A stretch of 64,000 nucleotides of DNA from an uncultured Alphaproteobacteria bacterium. Its GTDB lineage: Bacteria; Pseudomonadota; Alphaproteobacteria; HIMB59; GCA-002718135. The DNA lies in contig CACHLW010000001.1 in NCBI GenBank assembly GCA_902580765.1, positions 41,143-105,142 on the forward strand, read 5' to 3'. The position numbers and the translations under genes were made by a program. The notes under the pieces were generated by a model. That model was not told the DNA's origin. It did no database searches and saw only the letters and a program-made list of their open reading frames with translations. This document shows positions 28,883-38,892 of the stretch, one piece after another. Position 1 is the first letter of the stretch. The number at the start of each line of letters is the position of its first letter.

Positions 28883-30964
28883 TTATCCAGCAGTAAGTGT
28901 TAAAATTGCTGCATCTCTTTCTTGAAGATACAATAAGTTTCGAAGATTTTCTCCTTCTATGTTTTCCAATTTTGGATTTTTTGATAATATATCTTCTACC
29001 ATAATTTTAGCATCTTCTAATAGATCGTAATCAAAACTAAGATCAGCTACATAAAAAGATGGACTGCCAGATTGTTTTTTTCCTAAAATTTCTCCTGGAC
29101 CTCTTATTTTTAAATCCTCTTCAGCGATTTTAAAACCATCATTTGTTTGCTTCATTATATCAATTCTTTGTTTTGAAATTTCCCCGATATTATCTTTATG
29201 TAAAAGTATACAATATGATTGAATGTCATTTCTACCAACACGACCTCTCAATTGATGAAGTTGAGCTAAACCAAATCTTTCTGCATGTTCAATTACAATT
29301 GTTGTAGCAGAAGGAATATCTACACCAACTTCAATAACAGTTGTTGAAACTAAAATTTTATAATCCTCATTTTTAAACTTTGTCATTATTTCTTCTTTTT
29401 CTATTTCACTTAAACGTCCATGCATTAAAAGAACTTTATTTTTGAAATATTTTTTTAAAATTTTGTACCTTTCCTCTGCAGCTTTTAGATCTAACTCTTC
29501 AGATTCTTCTATTAAAGGGCATACCCAGTAAAATTTAGACGATGAATTTTTTATTTTTTCTTTTATTCTATCAATAAGTTGATTTTCTTTTTTTAATGAC
29601 AAAGAGCTAGTTATAATTGGTTTACGACCTAAAGGTTTTTCAATTAATTTACTCTCTTTCATATCTCCATATGCTGCTAATGTTAATGTTCTTGGAATGG
29701 GAGTTGCACTCATTACTAAAATATTTGGTTTATGATTTTTGTGGTTAAATACCATTCTTTGATAAACACCAAATCTATGTTGTTCATCAATAACTGCTAA
29801 ACCTAAATTGTTAAATTTTACTGTATCTTGTATTAAAGCATGTGTTCCAATTATAATATCTACGTTCCCATTTTTAATTTTATCTAATTTTTCTATTCTT
29901 TCTTTACCCTTATCCTTTCCAGTAAGAACAAGAACATTTATTTTTGAATCCTTTAATAAATTTAATATATTTTCATAATGCTGAAATGCGAGTATTGTAG
30001 TAGGCACCATTAAAGCAGATTGAAAATTACTTTCAAATACTTTTATCATTGATATTAAAGCTACAATAGTTTTTCCAGAACCAACATCTCCTTGCAACAA
30101 TCTTATCATTTGATTAGAACTTGCTAGATCCTTAAGTATTTCTTTGATTACATTATTTTGTGAATTTGTAAGTTGAAAATCTAAATTACTATAAAATTTA
30201 TTTAATGTTTTATTTTCACTAGTAATTCTTAGACCTTTTTTCTTTTGATTAAAATTTCGCATAATTCCTATAGCTAATTGATGAGATAATAATTCATCAA
30301 ATGCTAGTCTTCTTCTAAGTGAATTTTTATTTTTTATATTTTCATCACTTGGACTATGAAGATTTTTAACTACTTCTTTCCATCCTTTAAATTTATATTT
30401 ATTTAATATTGAAGTTTCTATCCATTCATTAAAATTTGGTAAATTATTTAATATTTGATCTGTTAATTTATTCATTATTTTTTGATTGAGGCCACTAGTT
30501 AAACTGTAAACTGCTTCTTTACTTTTGATTATTTTATTATTGTTTAAAGCACTTACATTACTAGGGTGTGTTATTTGAAATGTGTTTCTAAAATATTCTA
30601 ATTTTCCAGATATTAATCTATTTTCATTTGTTGGAAGCATTTGTCTCAACATAGGATGTCTTGCATTAAAATATACTAAATCAACATTTGTATCTCCGCA
30701 GATACATTTAATTTTGTAGGGTTGTCTTTTAAACCTCGAAGGCTCATGTTTAATAATTTTTAAATTTAATGTTACTAAAGAATTAATTTTTGCATCATGA
30801 ATATTTTCATAGAATTTTCTTTCCAGAATGTTATTTGGTATGTTCCAAACAAAATGAATATTCTTATAAATACCTAATTTATTAATAATTAGTTCTAACT
30901 TTGGACCAACTCCTTTGAGAGACGATATAGAAGATAATATATAATTTAATTTTTCTGGTCTCAT
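28883..30964 (-). CDS. recG: ATP-dependent DNA helicase RecG
   Basis: 693 aa. Wedge domain, helicase motifs LLQGDVGSGKT, VIDEQHRFG, MSATPIPRT, and LHQLRGRVGR. Confidence 0.95.
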   Translation of the reverse strand: MRPEKLNYILSSISSLKGVGPKLELIINKLGIYKNIHFVWNIPNNILERKFYENIHDAKINSLVTLNLKIIKHEPSRFKRQPYKIKCICGDTNVDLVYFNARHPMLRQMLPTNENRLISGKLEYFRNTFQITHPSNVSALNNNKIIKSKEAVYSLTSGLNQKIMNKLTDQILNNLPNFNEWIETSILNKYKFKGWKEVVKNLHSPSDENIKNKNSLRRRLAFDELLSHQLAIGIMRNFNQKKKGLRITSENKTLNKFYSNLDFQLTNSQNNVIKEILKDLASSNQMIRLLQGDVGSGKTIVALISMIKVFESNFQSALMVPTTILAFQHYENILNLLKDSKINVLVLTGKDKGKERIEKLDKIKNGNVDIIIGTHALIQDTVKFNNLGLAVIDEQHRFGVYQRMVFNHKNHKPNILVMSATPIPRTLTLAAYGDMKESKLIEKPLGRKPIITSSLSLKKENQLIDRIKEKIKNSSSKFYWVCPLIEESEELDLKAAEERYKILKKYFKNKVLLMHGRLSEIEKEEIMTKFKNEDYKILVSTTVIEVGVDIPSATTIVIEHAERFGLAQLHQLRGRVGRNDIQSYCILLHKDNIGEISKQRIDIMKQTNDGFKIAEEDLKIRGPGEILGKKQSGSPSFYVADLSFDYDLLEDAKIMVEDILSKNPKLENIEGENLRNLLYLQERDAAILTLTAG

Positions 30965-31007
30965 AGATTTTTATAAAATTATAAACTATATTCTATATTC
31001 AATTTTT

Positions 31008-31256
31008 ATGTCATTCAATTCACTAAAAAAAACTATAAAATATAGGGTTTCTTACTCTGGGACAAAAGAAACAGATATTCTATATAAAAGATATTTTATA
31101 AATCAGTTAGATAAATTTAGTGAAAAAGATCTTGAGCAAATCAAATCATTATTTAATCAATTCTCCGATAACGAGATTTATGATTTTCTTACTTCTAAGG
31201 TAACTATTCCATTAGGATATAAGGAAATATTTAATAAAATACTTAATGACGAATAA
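31008..31256 (+). CDS. sdhE: FAD assembly factor SdhE (DUF339) family protein
   Basis: 82 aa. YSGTKETDIL... corresponds to the RGxxE.D motif region. Its position between recG and mfd is the usual alphaproteobacterial arrangement, as I recall it. Confidence 0.6.
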   Translation: MSFNSLKKTIKYRVSYSGTKETDILYKRYFINQLDKFSEKDLEQIKSLFNQFSDNEIYDFLTSKVTIPLGYKEIFNKILNDE

Positions 31257-34200
31257 AAATACTATCGGTCCATCAATTCATAATGTTGAACCATTTTTCA
31301 TTTCGCAGTTTTATCAAAATTCCAATAAATCAATTTTATACATTGGAAAAGATGAGAGAGAAATATCATCTATGGAAGAAAAAATTAAATGGTTATTACC
31401 TAATGTTGAGATTTTATTATTTAAATCTTGGGATCAAATACCCTACGATAATGTATCACCTTCAAAAGAGGTTCAAATCGAAAGATTAAAAACACTTAAA
31501 ATTTTATCAAATTCTGATGCAAAAAGAATAATACTTACGACAATTAATTCAATAACACAAAAAATAATTCCTAAATCAATTATTAATTCACAACTTTTTA
31601 AAATTTCAAAAAAACAAAAATTTAAACTTGAGGATCTTATTAATAACCTTGTGATTTTAGGTTTTCAAAGAACTTCTTTAGTTCGCGATAAATCAGAATT
31701 TTCTGTAAGAGGATCAATTTTAGATATTTTTCCAAATGATAGATCTAAACCAATAAGAATAGATTTTTTTGATGAAGAAATAGAGACAATTTTTGAATTT
31801 GATCCAATTACTCAAAAAAGACTAAAAGAAATAAATAGTGATTTAGAGTTTAATATTGTTAATGAATTAATTCTTAATGAAGATAACCTGAACTTATTTA
31901 GAAAAAATTTTAGGGAAATATTTCCAGAGTATAGAAATAGTCAAGTTTATAATCTTTTTTCTGAAAAAATTATTCCATCCGGCGGTGAACAATTTATCCC
32001 TTTATTTTATGATAATCTTGAAACATTATTTGATTATATTGAAGAATATAAAATATTACTAAACGACGAATTTAATAACATTTTTGATAATAGATTAGAA
32101 AACATAAATGATTTTTATTTAGCAAGAAAAAATAATAAAGAAAGTTTTTTTCTATCACCTGAATATTTTTACTTAAGCAAAGAAATATTTAAAAAATATT
32201 TGAAAAATACTGAGCACTTTTATTTTAATACATTTGATAAAAATAATCATATTAATATTGATGTAAATATTATTCATAATTTATCATCTATTAAAAAAGA
32301 AATAGATTTTAGTTTTATAAATCAATTTCTTAAAACTAATTCTAAAGATAATATAATTTATATATGTTGTCGTAGTAAAGGAAGTTTAGAAAGAGTATCT
32401 AAGATATTAGAAAATAATTTAAGCTTAAATTTAAATGATGTAGCAAACTTTAATCATTCACTTCCAGATAATATACTTTTAACTATTCTAGATATTGAGG
32501 AGTCATTTAAACTAAATAAATATATTTTTATTAATGAAAAATCCTTATTTGGTTATTTTTTTAATACGCAAATATCTAAATCACGTAAACAAACTATATT
32601 TTTTGAAGAATTAAATAAATTATCTATTGATTCTATTCTGGTTCATTCTGAGTATGGTCTTTGTAAGTTTAATAATATTAGAAAAATTGAATTAAACGAC
32701 TCAATTCATGAGTGTTTAGAATTAGAATTTTTTGAAAATCAAAAACTTTTTTTACCAGTTGAAAATTTAAGTTATGTATCAAAATATAGTGACGATACTG
32801 ATGGAAATATTATTTTAGATAAACTTGGTGCTTCACATTGGCAAAAAAGAAAAGCAGATGCAAAAAAGAAAATTAGAGATGCTGCAAAAAAACTAATTTC
32901 AATAGCTTCTAAAAGACTTCAATCTCAATCTTATGAAATTAATACAAATATTCCTGAGTATGATAAATTTGTAAGTACGTTTCCATATGTTGAAACTGAT
33001 GATCAATTGAATGCTATACAAGATGTAATTAATGATTTTTCTAAGATGATACCCTCTGATAGATTAATTGTAGGTGATGTAGCGTTTGGTAAAACAGAAG
33101 TAATTTTAAGAGCTATTTTTCTTGCTGCAAAATCAAATTTACAATCTGTAGTTTTAGTACCAACTACAATTTTATCTAGACAGCATTTCATTAATTTCAA
33201 AAAAAGATTATCAATTTTTGGTATTAACATTTCAGAAATTTCTAGATTAGTGTCATTAAAAGAAAAAAAAGAAATTTTTGAAAAATGTAATGCCGGTAAT
33301 ATAGATGTATTAGTTGGTACTCATGCGTTATTAAATGATAAATTAAAATTTAAAAAGCTTGGCCTAATAGTTTACGATGAAGAACAAAAACTAGGAACAA
33401 TTCAAAAAGAAAAATTTAAAGAAATTGCACCAAAAGCTCATTGTATTTCACTTAGCGCAACACCTATTCCAAGAACTTTAAGTATGTCTCTTTCAGGAAT
33501 AAGAGATCTAAGTTTAATCCTTACAGCGCCATTTGAAAGAATGGCTGTTAGGACTTACGTTTCACCTTTTGATTCTTTGACTATCACAGAAGCTATAAAA
33601 AGAGAAATATATGGAAGAAAAAACGGGGTTTATTTTGTTGTTCCAAGAAAAAAAGACTTACCTTTTGTTGAGCAATTTTTAAATGATAATTTACCAGAAA
33701 TTAAATATGTAATTACTCACGGTCAGCTTAGTCCTAAATTATTAGAAAGTAGAATATCAAAATTTTATAACCAAGAAGTACCTTTAATGTTAAGCACAAA
33801 TATTATTGAAAATGGTTTAGATTTACCTCATGTAAATACAATTATTGTTTACCGATCAAATATATTTTCTTTAGCAGCTTTGTATCAATTGAAAGGAAGG
33901 GTAGGTCGATCTTCCAAACGTGGATATGCATACATTACATACAAAGAGAGTGAGCTAAAAGATAATGGTAGAAAAAGATTATCAATAATAAACTCTTCTG
34001 ATCATCTTGGTGCAGGTTTTAATATTGCATCTCAAGATCTTGATCTTCGAGGTGGTGGTTCTGTAATTGGAGAAGAGCAGAGTGGTTTTATCAAGGAAAT
34101 TGGAACTGAGCTTTACCATCAAATGCTTGAAGAGGAGATAAATTTACAAAAAAGTAAAATTAATTTAGATTTTATCAAAAAAGATATTTATCAACCAATA

Positions 34201-34623
34201 ATTAAAATCCCTGTTGAAATTTATATACCTGAAGATTTTATTAACGATGTTGATCTAAGACTTTCCATTTATAAAAGAATATCAAATATAAATAATAAAA
34301 AAGAAATTGAAGAGATTAAAATAGAATTAATCGATAGGTTTGGTAAATTGCCTAAACAATTAATTAACCTACTAAAATTAGTAGAAATTAAAATCATTTG
34401 TTTAAAAAATAACATTGAAAAGTTTGAATTTAGCAGAAAAGGCATTTTAATTAGTTTTTTTCAAAATCAACCAAAAAATCCAGAAAAATTATTAGAACTT
34501 TCATTATCAAATAATAATTCTTTAATATTAAGACCTGATCAAAAAATTTTTTATGATTTTGGTGGTAATTTAATTAATGACAGGTTTGAATTATCTAAAA
34601 ATGTCATTAATTTAATTAAATAA
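31246..34623 (+). CDS. mfd: Transcription-repair coupling factor
   Basis: 1125 aa. A UvrB-homology N-terminus, an RNAP-interaction domain, helicase motifs GDVAFGKTEV, YDEEQKLG, LSATPIPRT, LYQLKGRVGRS, and a TRG motif region. The start overlaps sdhE by 11 nt. Confidence 0.95.
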   Translation: MTNKNTIGPSIHNVEPFFISQFYQNSNKSILYIGKDEREISSMEEKIKWLLPNVEILLFKSWDQIPYDNVSPSKEVQIERLKTLKILSNSDAKRIILTTINSITQKIIPKSIINSQLFKISKKQKFKLEDLINNLVILGFQRTSLVRDKSEFSVRGSILDIFPNDRSKPIRIDFFDEEIETIFEFDPITQKRLKEINSDLEFNIVNELILNEDNLNLFRKNFREIFPEYRNSQVYNLFSEKIIPSGGEQFIPLFYDNLETLFDYIEEYKILLNDEFNNIFDNRLENINDFYLARKNNKESFFLSPEYFYLSKEIFKKYLKNTEHFYFNTFDKNNHINIDVNIIHNLSSIKKEIDFSFINQFLKTNSKDNIIYICCRSKGSLERVSKILENNLSLNLNDVANFNHSLPDNILLTILDIEESFKLNKYIFINEKSLFGYFFNTQISKSRKQTIFFEELNKLSIDSILVHSEYGLCKFNNIRKIELNDSIHECLELEFFENQKLFLPVENLSYVSKYSDDTDGNIILDKLGASHWQKRKADAKKKIRDAAKKLISIASKRLQSQSYEINTNIPEYDKFVSTFPYVETDDQLNAIQDVINDFSKMIPSDRLIVGDVAFGKTEVILRAIFLAAKSNLQSVVLVPTTILSRQHFINFKKRLSIFGINISEISRLVSLKEKKEIFEKCNAGNIDVLVGTHALLNDKLKFKKLGLIVYDEEQKLGTIQKEKFKEIAPKAHCISLSATPIPRTLSMSLSGIRDLSLILTAPFERMAVRTYVSPFDSLTITEAIKREIYGRKNGVYFVVPRKKDLPFVEQFLNDNLPEIKYVITHGQLSPKLLESRISKFYNQEVPLMLSTNIIENGLDLPHVNTIIVYRSNIFSLAALYQLKGRVGRSSKRGYAYITYKESELKDNGRKRLSIINSSDHLGAGFNIASQDLDLRGGGSVIGEEQSGFIKEIGTELYHQMLEEEINLQKSKINLDFIKKDIYQPIIKIPVEIYIPEDFINDVDLRLSIYKRISNINNKKEIEEIKIELIDRFGKLPKQLINLLKLVEIKIICLKNNIEKFEFSRKGILISFFQNQPKNPEKLLELSLSNNNSLILRPDQKIFYDFGGNLINDRFELSKNVINLIK

Positions 34624-35717
34624 TGTTTAAAATTATAATCATATTTAATTTTTTTATTTTTTTATTTTTTAATAAAAATGTTTTATCTTTAGACAACAAA
34701 TATAAGCTTGAAATTTTAAAATCTAATTTAAGTTCCCCTTGGAGTTTAACATTTATAAGCAATAATCAAATTTTAATTAGTGAAAAAACTGGTAAAATTA
34801 AATTATTTGATATTTTAAGTAATAAAATTACTGAGATAGATCATACCTTAAATGTAATTAGGGATAAAAATTCACAAGGTGGTCTTTTAGACATTTACTT
34901 TTATAATAATCAAGTTTTTATATCTTACTCTGAAAAAATTGGTGATAAATTATTTAGTCCTTCAACAACATCTATTGCAAAAGCAGATTTAGATTTAAAT
35001 TTCTTAAATTTTGAAAACATTTTTAGAGCTAATCCACCTATTAGATCACCTTATCACTTTGGTTCGAGAATAGCTATTCATGATGATTATTTATACGCAT
35101 CTGTAGGTGAAAGAGGAAAAGGAATGATAGCTCAAGATGCTAATCAACATCCTGGAAGTATCATCCGAATTAAATTAGATGGAACTTCTCCTAAAGATAA
35201 TCCTCATTACATCTCACAAGAAACATGGTTACCCGAAATATATCAAATCGGTGTTAGAAATCCACAAGGAATGTCTATTTCTCCTTTTGATAATAAAATT
35301 TATATTAGTAATCACGGAGCAAAAGGTGGCGATTGGTTTGGTGAAGTTAAAAAGGGTGAAAATTATGGTTGGAAAATTTTAGGTTGGGGTGGAACTAATT
35401 ATGATAATTCCAAAATTGGTCCTAAATGGTTACCTGGTTTTACAAAAGCAATTCATTACTGGGTGCCATCAATTGCAGTTAGCGCAATCACAATATATGA
35501 TGGAAATGAATTTCCAGAATTTAAAGGATTAGCACTTATAACATCTTTAAAAGATCAATCTCTACGCTCACTAGATTTTTCAAATTTAGATAATGTGAAA
35601 GAACATATTGTTTTTAAAAAAGAAATAGGAAGAATAAGAGATATTAAAATTCATCCAGTGAGTGGTAAAATATTTTTATTAGCACAAGATAAATTATGGT
35701 TATTTGAAAAAAAATAA
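34623..35717 (+). CDS. PQQ-dependent (soluble) sugar dehydrogenase, YliI/sorbosone dehydrogenase-like beta-propeller
   Basis: 364 aa with a signal peptide. HPGSIIRIKLDGTSPKDNP, IGVRNPQGMS, GENYGWK. Confidence 0.8.
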   Translation: MFKIIIIFNFFIFLFFNKNVLSLDNKYKLEILKSNLSSPWSLTFISNNQILISEKTGKIKLFDILSNKITEIDHTLNVIRDKNSQGGLLDIYFYNNQVFISYSEKIGDKLFSPSTTSIAKADLDLNFLNFENIFRANPPIRSPYHFGSRIAIHDDYLYASVGERGKGMIAQDANQHPGSIIRIKLDGTSPKDNPHYISQETWLPEIYQIGVRNPQGMSISPFDNKIYISNHGAKGGDWFGEVKKGENYGWKILGWGGTNYDNSKIGPKWLPGFTKAIHYWVPSIAVSAITIYDGNEFPEFKGLALITSLKDQSLRSLDFSNLDNVKEHIVFKKEIGRIRDIKIHPVSGKIFLLAQDKLWLFEKK

Positions 35718-35763
35718 TTTTAATGAGTGTTGAGAAATATTCTTTTTAATTTATACATACAAT

Positions 35764-35880
35764 ATGTTTGAATTTTTAGCGTTTTTAGTTGGTGTTATGA
35801 TTATGGGACCAATAGTGTATATTTTTTTTTTAGTTCAAGATTTAAAAAAAAGGATTGATAAGCTTGAAAATAAAAATTAA
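35764..35880 (+). CDS. Possible 38-aa single-TM small protein (below the ORF-track size cut-off)
   Basis: ATG 35764 to TAA 35878-35880. MFEFLAFLVGVMIMGPIVYIFFLVQDLKKRIDKLENKN has one TM segment followed by a charged helical tail. Confidence 0.35.
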   Translation: MFEFLAFLVGVMIMGPIVYIFFLVQDLKKRIDKLENKN

Positions 35881-35886
35881 TTTTTA

Positions 35887-36714
35887 ATGCATAAAAATAT
35901 TTTTTTGGCTTCTTATCCTAAATCTGGAAATACTTGGCTGAGGTCTATTATTGGAAATTTTTATAATTTTGATAAAGATTTTAGCCTCAATGATTTAAAA
36001 TTAATACCTTTACTATCAATTAAAAAACATTTTAGTGAATTTGAAAATAAAATTTATACAAATAATAATGAGTTACATTTTGATTGGATTTCACAAAATA
36101 TTATTAAATGTCAAAAAATATTAAACAATAAAGTAAATCATCTGAATATATTTAAAACTCATAGTGCAAGACATAAAAATTTTACAAATGAAACAGTAAA
36201 TGCAGGTTTTATTTATATAGTTAGAGATCCTAGAGACATAATAGTTTCTCTTAAAAATTTTTCAGGTAAAGAAATTGATAAAACTATTGATGAGTTTCTT
36301 TTTTCAAAAAGTTTAATGATTACAACTAATGGAGCGCAAGAATTACTTTCAACTTGGGAACTTAATGTTCAATCCTGGTTAAATTATAATAGTGTTCCTA
36401 GATTGATCATAAAGTATGAAGATTTAAAATTAAATCCAAAAGAAATTATATTAAATATTACGAAATTTCTTAATAAAATACACAGATTAAATATAAACTT
36501 AAGTGACCAAGACATTGACAAAATAATAGAAAATACAAATTTTACTAATTTAAGAAATTTAGAAGATAAAAATGGTTTTGATGAAGCTACAAAACATTCT
36601 AAATTTTTCAGATCAGGCACATCTAATCAATGGAAAGATATATTATCTAATTCACAAGCCAAGCTTATTGAAAAAAATCTAAAATCATTAATGAAGTATT
36701 TTAATTATATTTAG
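35887..36714 (+). CDS. PAPS-dependent sulfotransferase-domain protein
   Basis: 275 aa. 5'-PSB loop SYPKSGNTWLRS, catalytic-His region FKTHSA, and 3'-PB motif YIVRDPRDIIVS. Confidence 0.85.
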   Translation: MHKNIFLASYPKSGNTWLRSIIGNFYNFDKDFSLNDLKLIPLLSIKKHFSEFENKIYTNNNELHFDWISQNIIKCQKILNNKVNHLNIFKTHSARHKNFTNETVNAGFIYIVRDPRDIIVSLKNFSGKEIDKTIDEFLFSKSLMITTNGAQELLSTWELNVQSWLNYNSVPRLIIKYEDLKLNPKEIILNITKFLNKIHRLNINLSDQDIDKIIENTNFTNLRNLEDKNGFDEATKHSKFFRSGTSNQWKDILSNSQAKLIEKNLKSLMKYFNYI

Positions 36715-36721
36715 ATTATAA

Positions 36722-36811
36722 TGGCGGAGAGAGTGAGATTCGAACTCACGAACGAGTTGCCCCGTTGCCGGTTTTCAAGACCGGTGCTTTCAACCGCTCA
36801 GCCATCTCTCC
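36722..36811 (-). tRNA. tRNA-Ser (anticodon UGA)
   Basis: The reverse complement folds as a 90-nt class-II tRNA. Acceptor GGAGAGA/TCTCTCC, anticodon arm CCGGT-CTTGAAA-ACCGG, a long variable arm, T arm GTGAG-TTCGAAT-CTCAC, and an encoded CCA. Confidence 0.95.
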
Positions 36812-36903
36812 GTTTAAATGCTTACTATAGTTTCATCTTAAAAATGTCAAAATATTAAGTATTATCATTTCCTAATTGACGATAGTTTTGGTAATTTTAA
36901 TTA

Positions 36904-37941
36904 ATGATTATTAGGTTTATAATATTCTTTATTTTTATTTCTTTCAAATCCTATGCAACTGATTGTGAAAAACCGAAAATGCCAACTGATGAAGAATGGA
37001 ACAGTTGGCTGACTAATATAAAACAAGAAGCACTTGAAAGAGGTATAAGTCAAAATACTATTTCAAATAATTTAAATGATGTTAAGCCACAAAGTAAAAT
37101 TATTATGCGTGATAGATGCCAGCCGGCATCAACAATGACTTTAGATGAGTATTTATTTTATACAATTACTAAAGATAAAGTTTTTGCAGGAAAAAATTTT
37201 TTAAAAAAACATGAAGATTTATTAAAAGAAATTGGAGATTATTTTAAAATACAACCAAGATTTATTGTTGCTGTATTAGGTATGGAAAGTTATTATGGAA
37301 GAAATCAAGGAAAAATAAATTCCATAATTGCGATAACCACTCTTGCATTTGATAGAAGAAGAAGTGACTTTTATAAAAAACAATTATTTGCTGCTCTTGA
37401 AATATTAGATAAAAATCTTGTTCCAAATGGAGAACTAAAAGGTAGTTGGGGTGGGGCAGTTGGTATGACACAAATGATTCCTACAACTTTTTTAGAAAAT
37501 GCATATGATTGGGATGGCAATGGTATTGATATCTGGAATAGTTATGCTGATGCTTTTGCTAGTACTGCAAACTATTTAACTTCATTAGATAAAAATCCAT
37601 GGTCTAATGATAGTACTTGGGGTAGAGAAGTGCTTCCACCAAAAAATATTTCTTCATCTTTTTTTGATTCTATAAAACAAGTTAACCCCAAAGGTTGTGG
37701 GGCAGTTAAACGTAGATCAATTCCTAAAACTCTATCCGAATGGTCAAAATTAGGATTTACAAAGATCAATGGAGATCCTTTACCAATTAGAGATGATTTA
37801 GAAGCTAGATTAATAATGCCTGATGGGATAGATGGAAGAATGTTTATAGTTTATCCTAATTACAAAAATATTCTTTATTATAATTGTTCATCATATTATG
37901 CTGTATCAGTGGGTCTCCTAAGTGATAAAATATCTAATTAG
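36904..37941 (+). CDS. Lytic murein transglycosylase (MltB/Slt35-like)
   Basis: 345 aa with a signal peptide. LGMESYYG, GAVGMTQMIPTTF, and DGNGIDIW are blocks typical of the MltB family. Confidence 0.8.
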   Translation: MIIRFIIFFIFISFKSYATDCEKPKMPTDEEWNSWLTNIKQEALERGISQNTISNNLNDVKPQSKIIMRDRCQPASTMTLDEYLFYTITKDKVFAGKNFLKKHEDLLKEIGDYFKIQPRFIVAVLGMESYYGRNQGKINSIIAITTLAFDRRRSDFYKKQLFAALEILDKNLVPNGELKGSWGGAVGMTQMIPTTFLENAYDWDGNGIDIWNSYADAFASTANYLTSLDKNPWSNDSTWGREVLPPKNISSSFFDSIKQVNPKGCGAVKRRSIPKTLSEWSKLGFTKINGDPLPIRDDLEARLIMPDGIDGRMFIVYPNYKNILYYNCSSYYAVSVGLLSDKISN

Positions 37942-38857
37942 TCTAATTTTTCTTTTATTTATATTTTCTTGCAATGAATTAAATCTCAATAACGTTTCTG
38001 ATGTTGTAGAAAATAGCACAAATAAAATAGAAAAAATAATTGACAATAAAAAAGAAGATAAAAAAGAAATAAATCAATTAACCAATAAAAAAACTAAAGA
38101 TAATATTTTTTATTATGTTGGTGAGCCTTATTTTATTGAAGGGGTTAGTTACATTCCAGAGGAAAATTATAATTATTCGGAAATCGGACTTTCTTCTTTT
38201 TACGGTAAGGAATTGCACAATATTAAAACAGTAAACAATGATACAAATAAAGTTACAGAGTTACTTGGTAGACATAAAATATTACCTATACCAAGTATGG
38301 TCAAAGTAACTAACTTGGATAATGGACTTTCTATAAATGTAAAAATAATAGATAGACATGATGATAATGCAGTTATTATTCAGGTTTCAAGAAAAGTTGC
38401 ACAACTTCTTGGATTTTATAAATCTAAAATAGCTACTGTAAAAGTAGAAATACTTTCTGATGCTAGTAAACAATGGAAGAGTGTTGCAAATTCATTAAAT
38501 GAAGAAAATTTTGATGAAACTATCTTGTCTGCACCAACAGAAATTGTATCTATTGAAGAAATTGATGAAAATATGAATTCTAATGATGAAGCTACTATAA
38601 TTATAGAAGAGCCAATTGAACTTAAATCAGAAAAAATAACTGATTTTAAATTGTATTTAAGAGTTACTGGGTTTAAAAACTATGAGAGTATTCGATCAGT
38701 ATTAGATAATTATGATAATAATCTAAAATATACTTCTGAAAAAAATAATTCCAAATATGACGTAATTATTGGTCCTTTAGAAAATACAGAAGCAAATAAT
38801 TTGGTTTCATACTTTATCTCAAAAGGTTATAAGGAGACTGAAATTCTTATTGAATAA
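37922..38857 (+). CDS. rlpA: RlpA-family septal-ring lytic transglycosylase lipoprotein with a SPOR-like C-terminus
   Basis: Lipobox-like LLFIFSC. A DPBB block (GLSSFYG...TAAH..LP.PS.V.VTNL.NG.S..V.I.DR). The C-terminal ~80 aa (LYLRVTGFKNYE...IIGPLENTEANNLV) resemble a SPOR domain. A GTG start overlaps the upstream gene by 20 nt. Confidence 0.8.
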   Translation: MIKYLISLIFLLFIFSCNELNLNNVSDVVENSTNKIEKIIDNKKEDKKEINQLTNKKTKDNIFYYVGEPYFIEGVSYIPEENYNYSEIGLSSFYGKELHNIKTVNNDTNKVTELLGRHKILPIPSMVKVTNLDNGLSINVKIIDRHDDNAVIIQVSRKVAQLLGFYKSKIATVKVEILSDASKQWKSVANSLNEENFDETILSAPTEIVSIEEIDENMNSNDEATIIIEEPIELKSEKITDFKLYLRVTGFKNYESIRSVLDNYDNNLKYTSEKNNSKYDVIIGPLENTEANNLVSYFISKGYKETEILIE

Positions 38858-38892
38858 CAAATAAAGGTCATAATTAAGAATTATTAATATTT

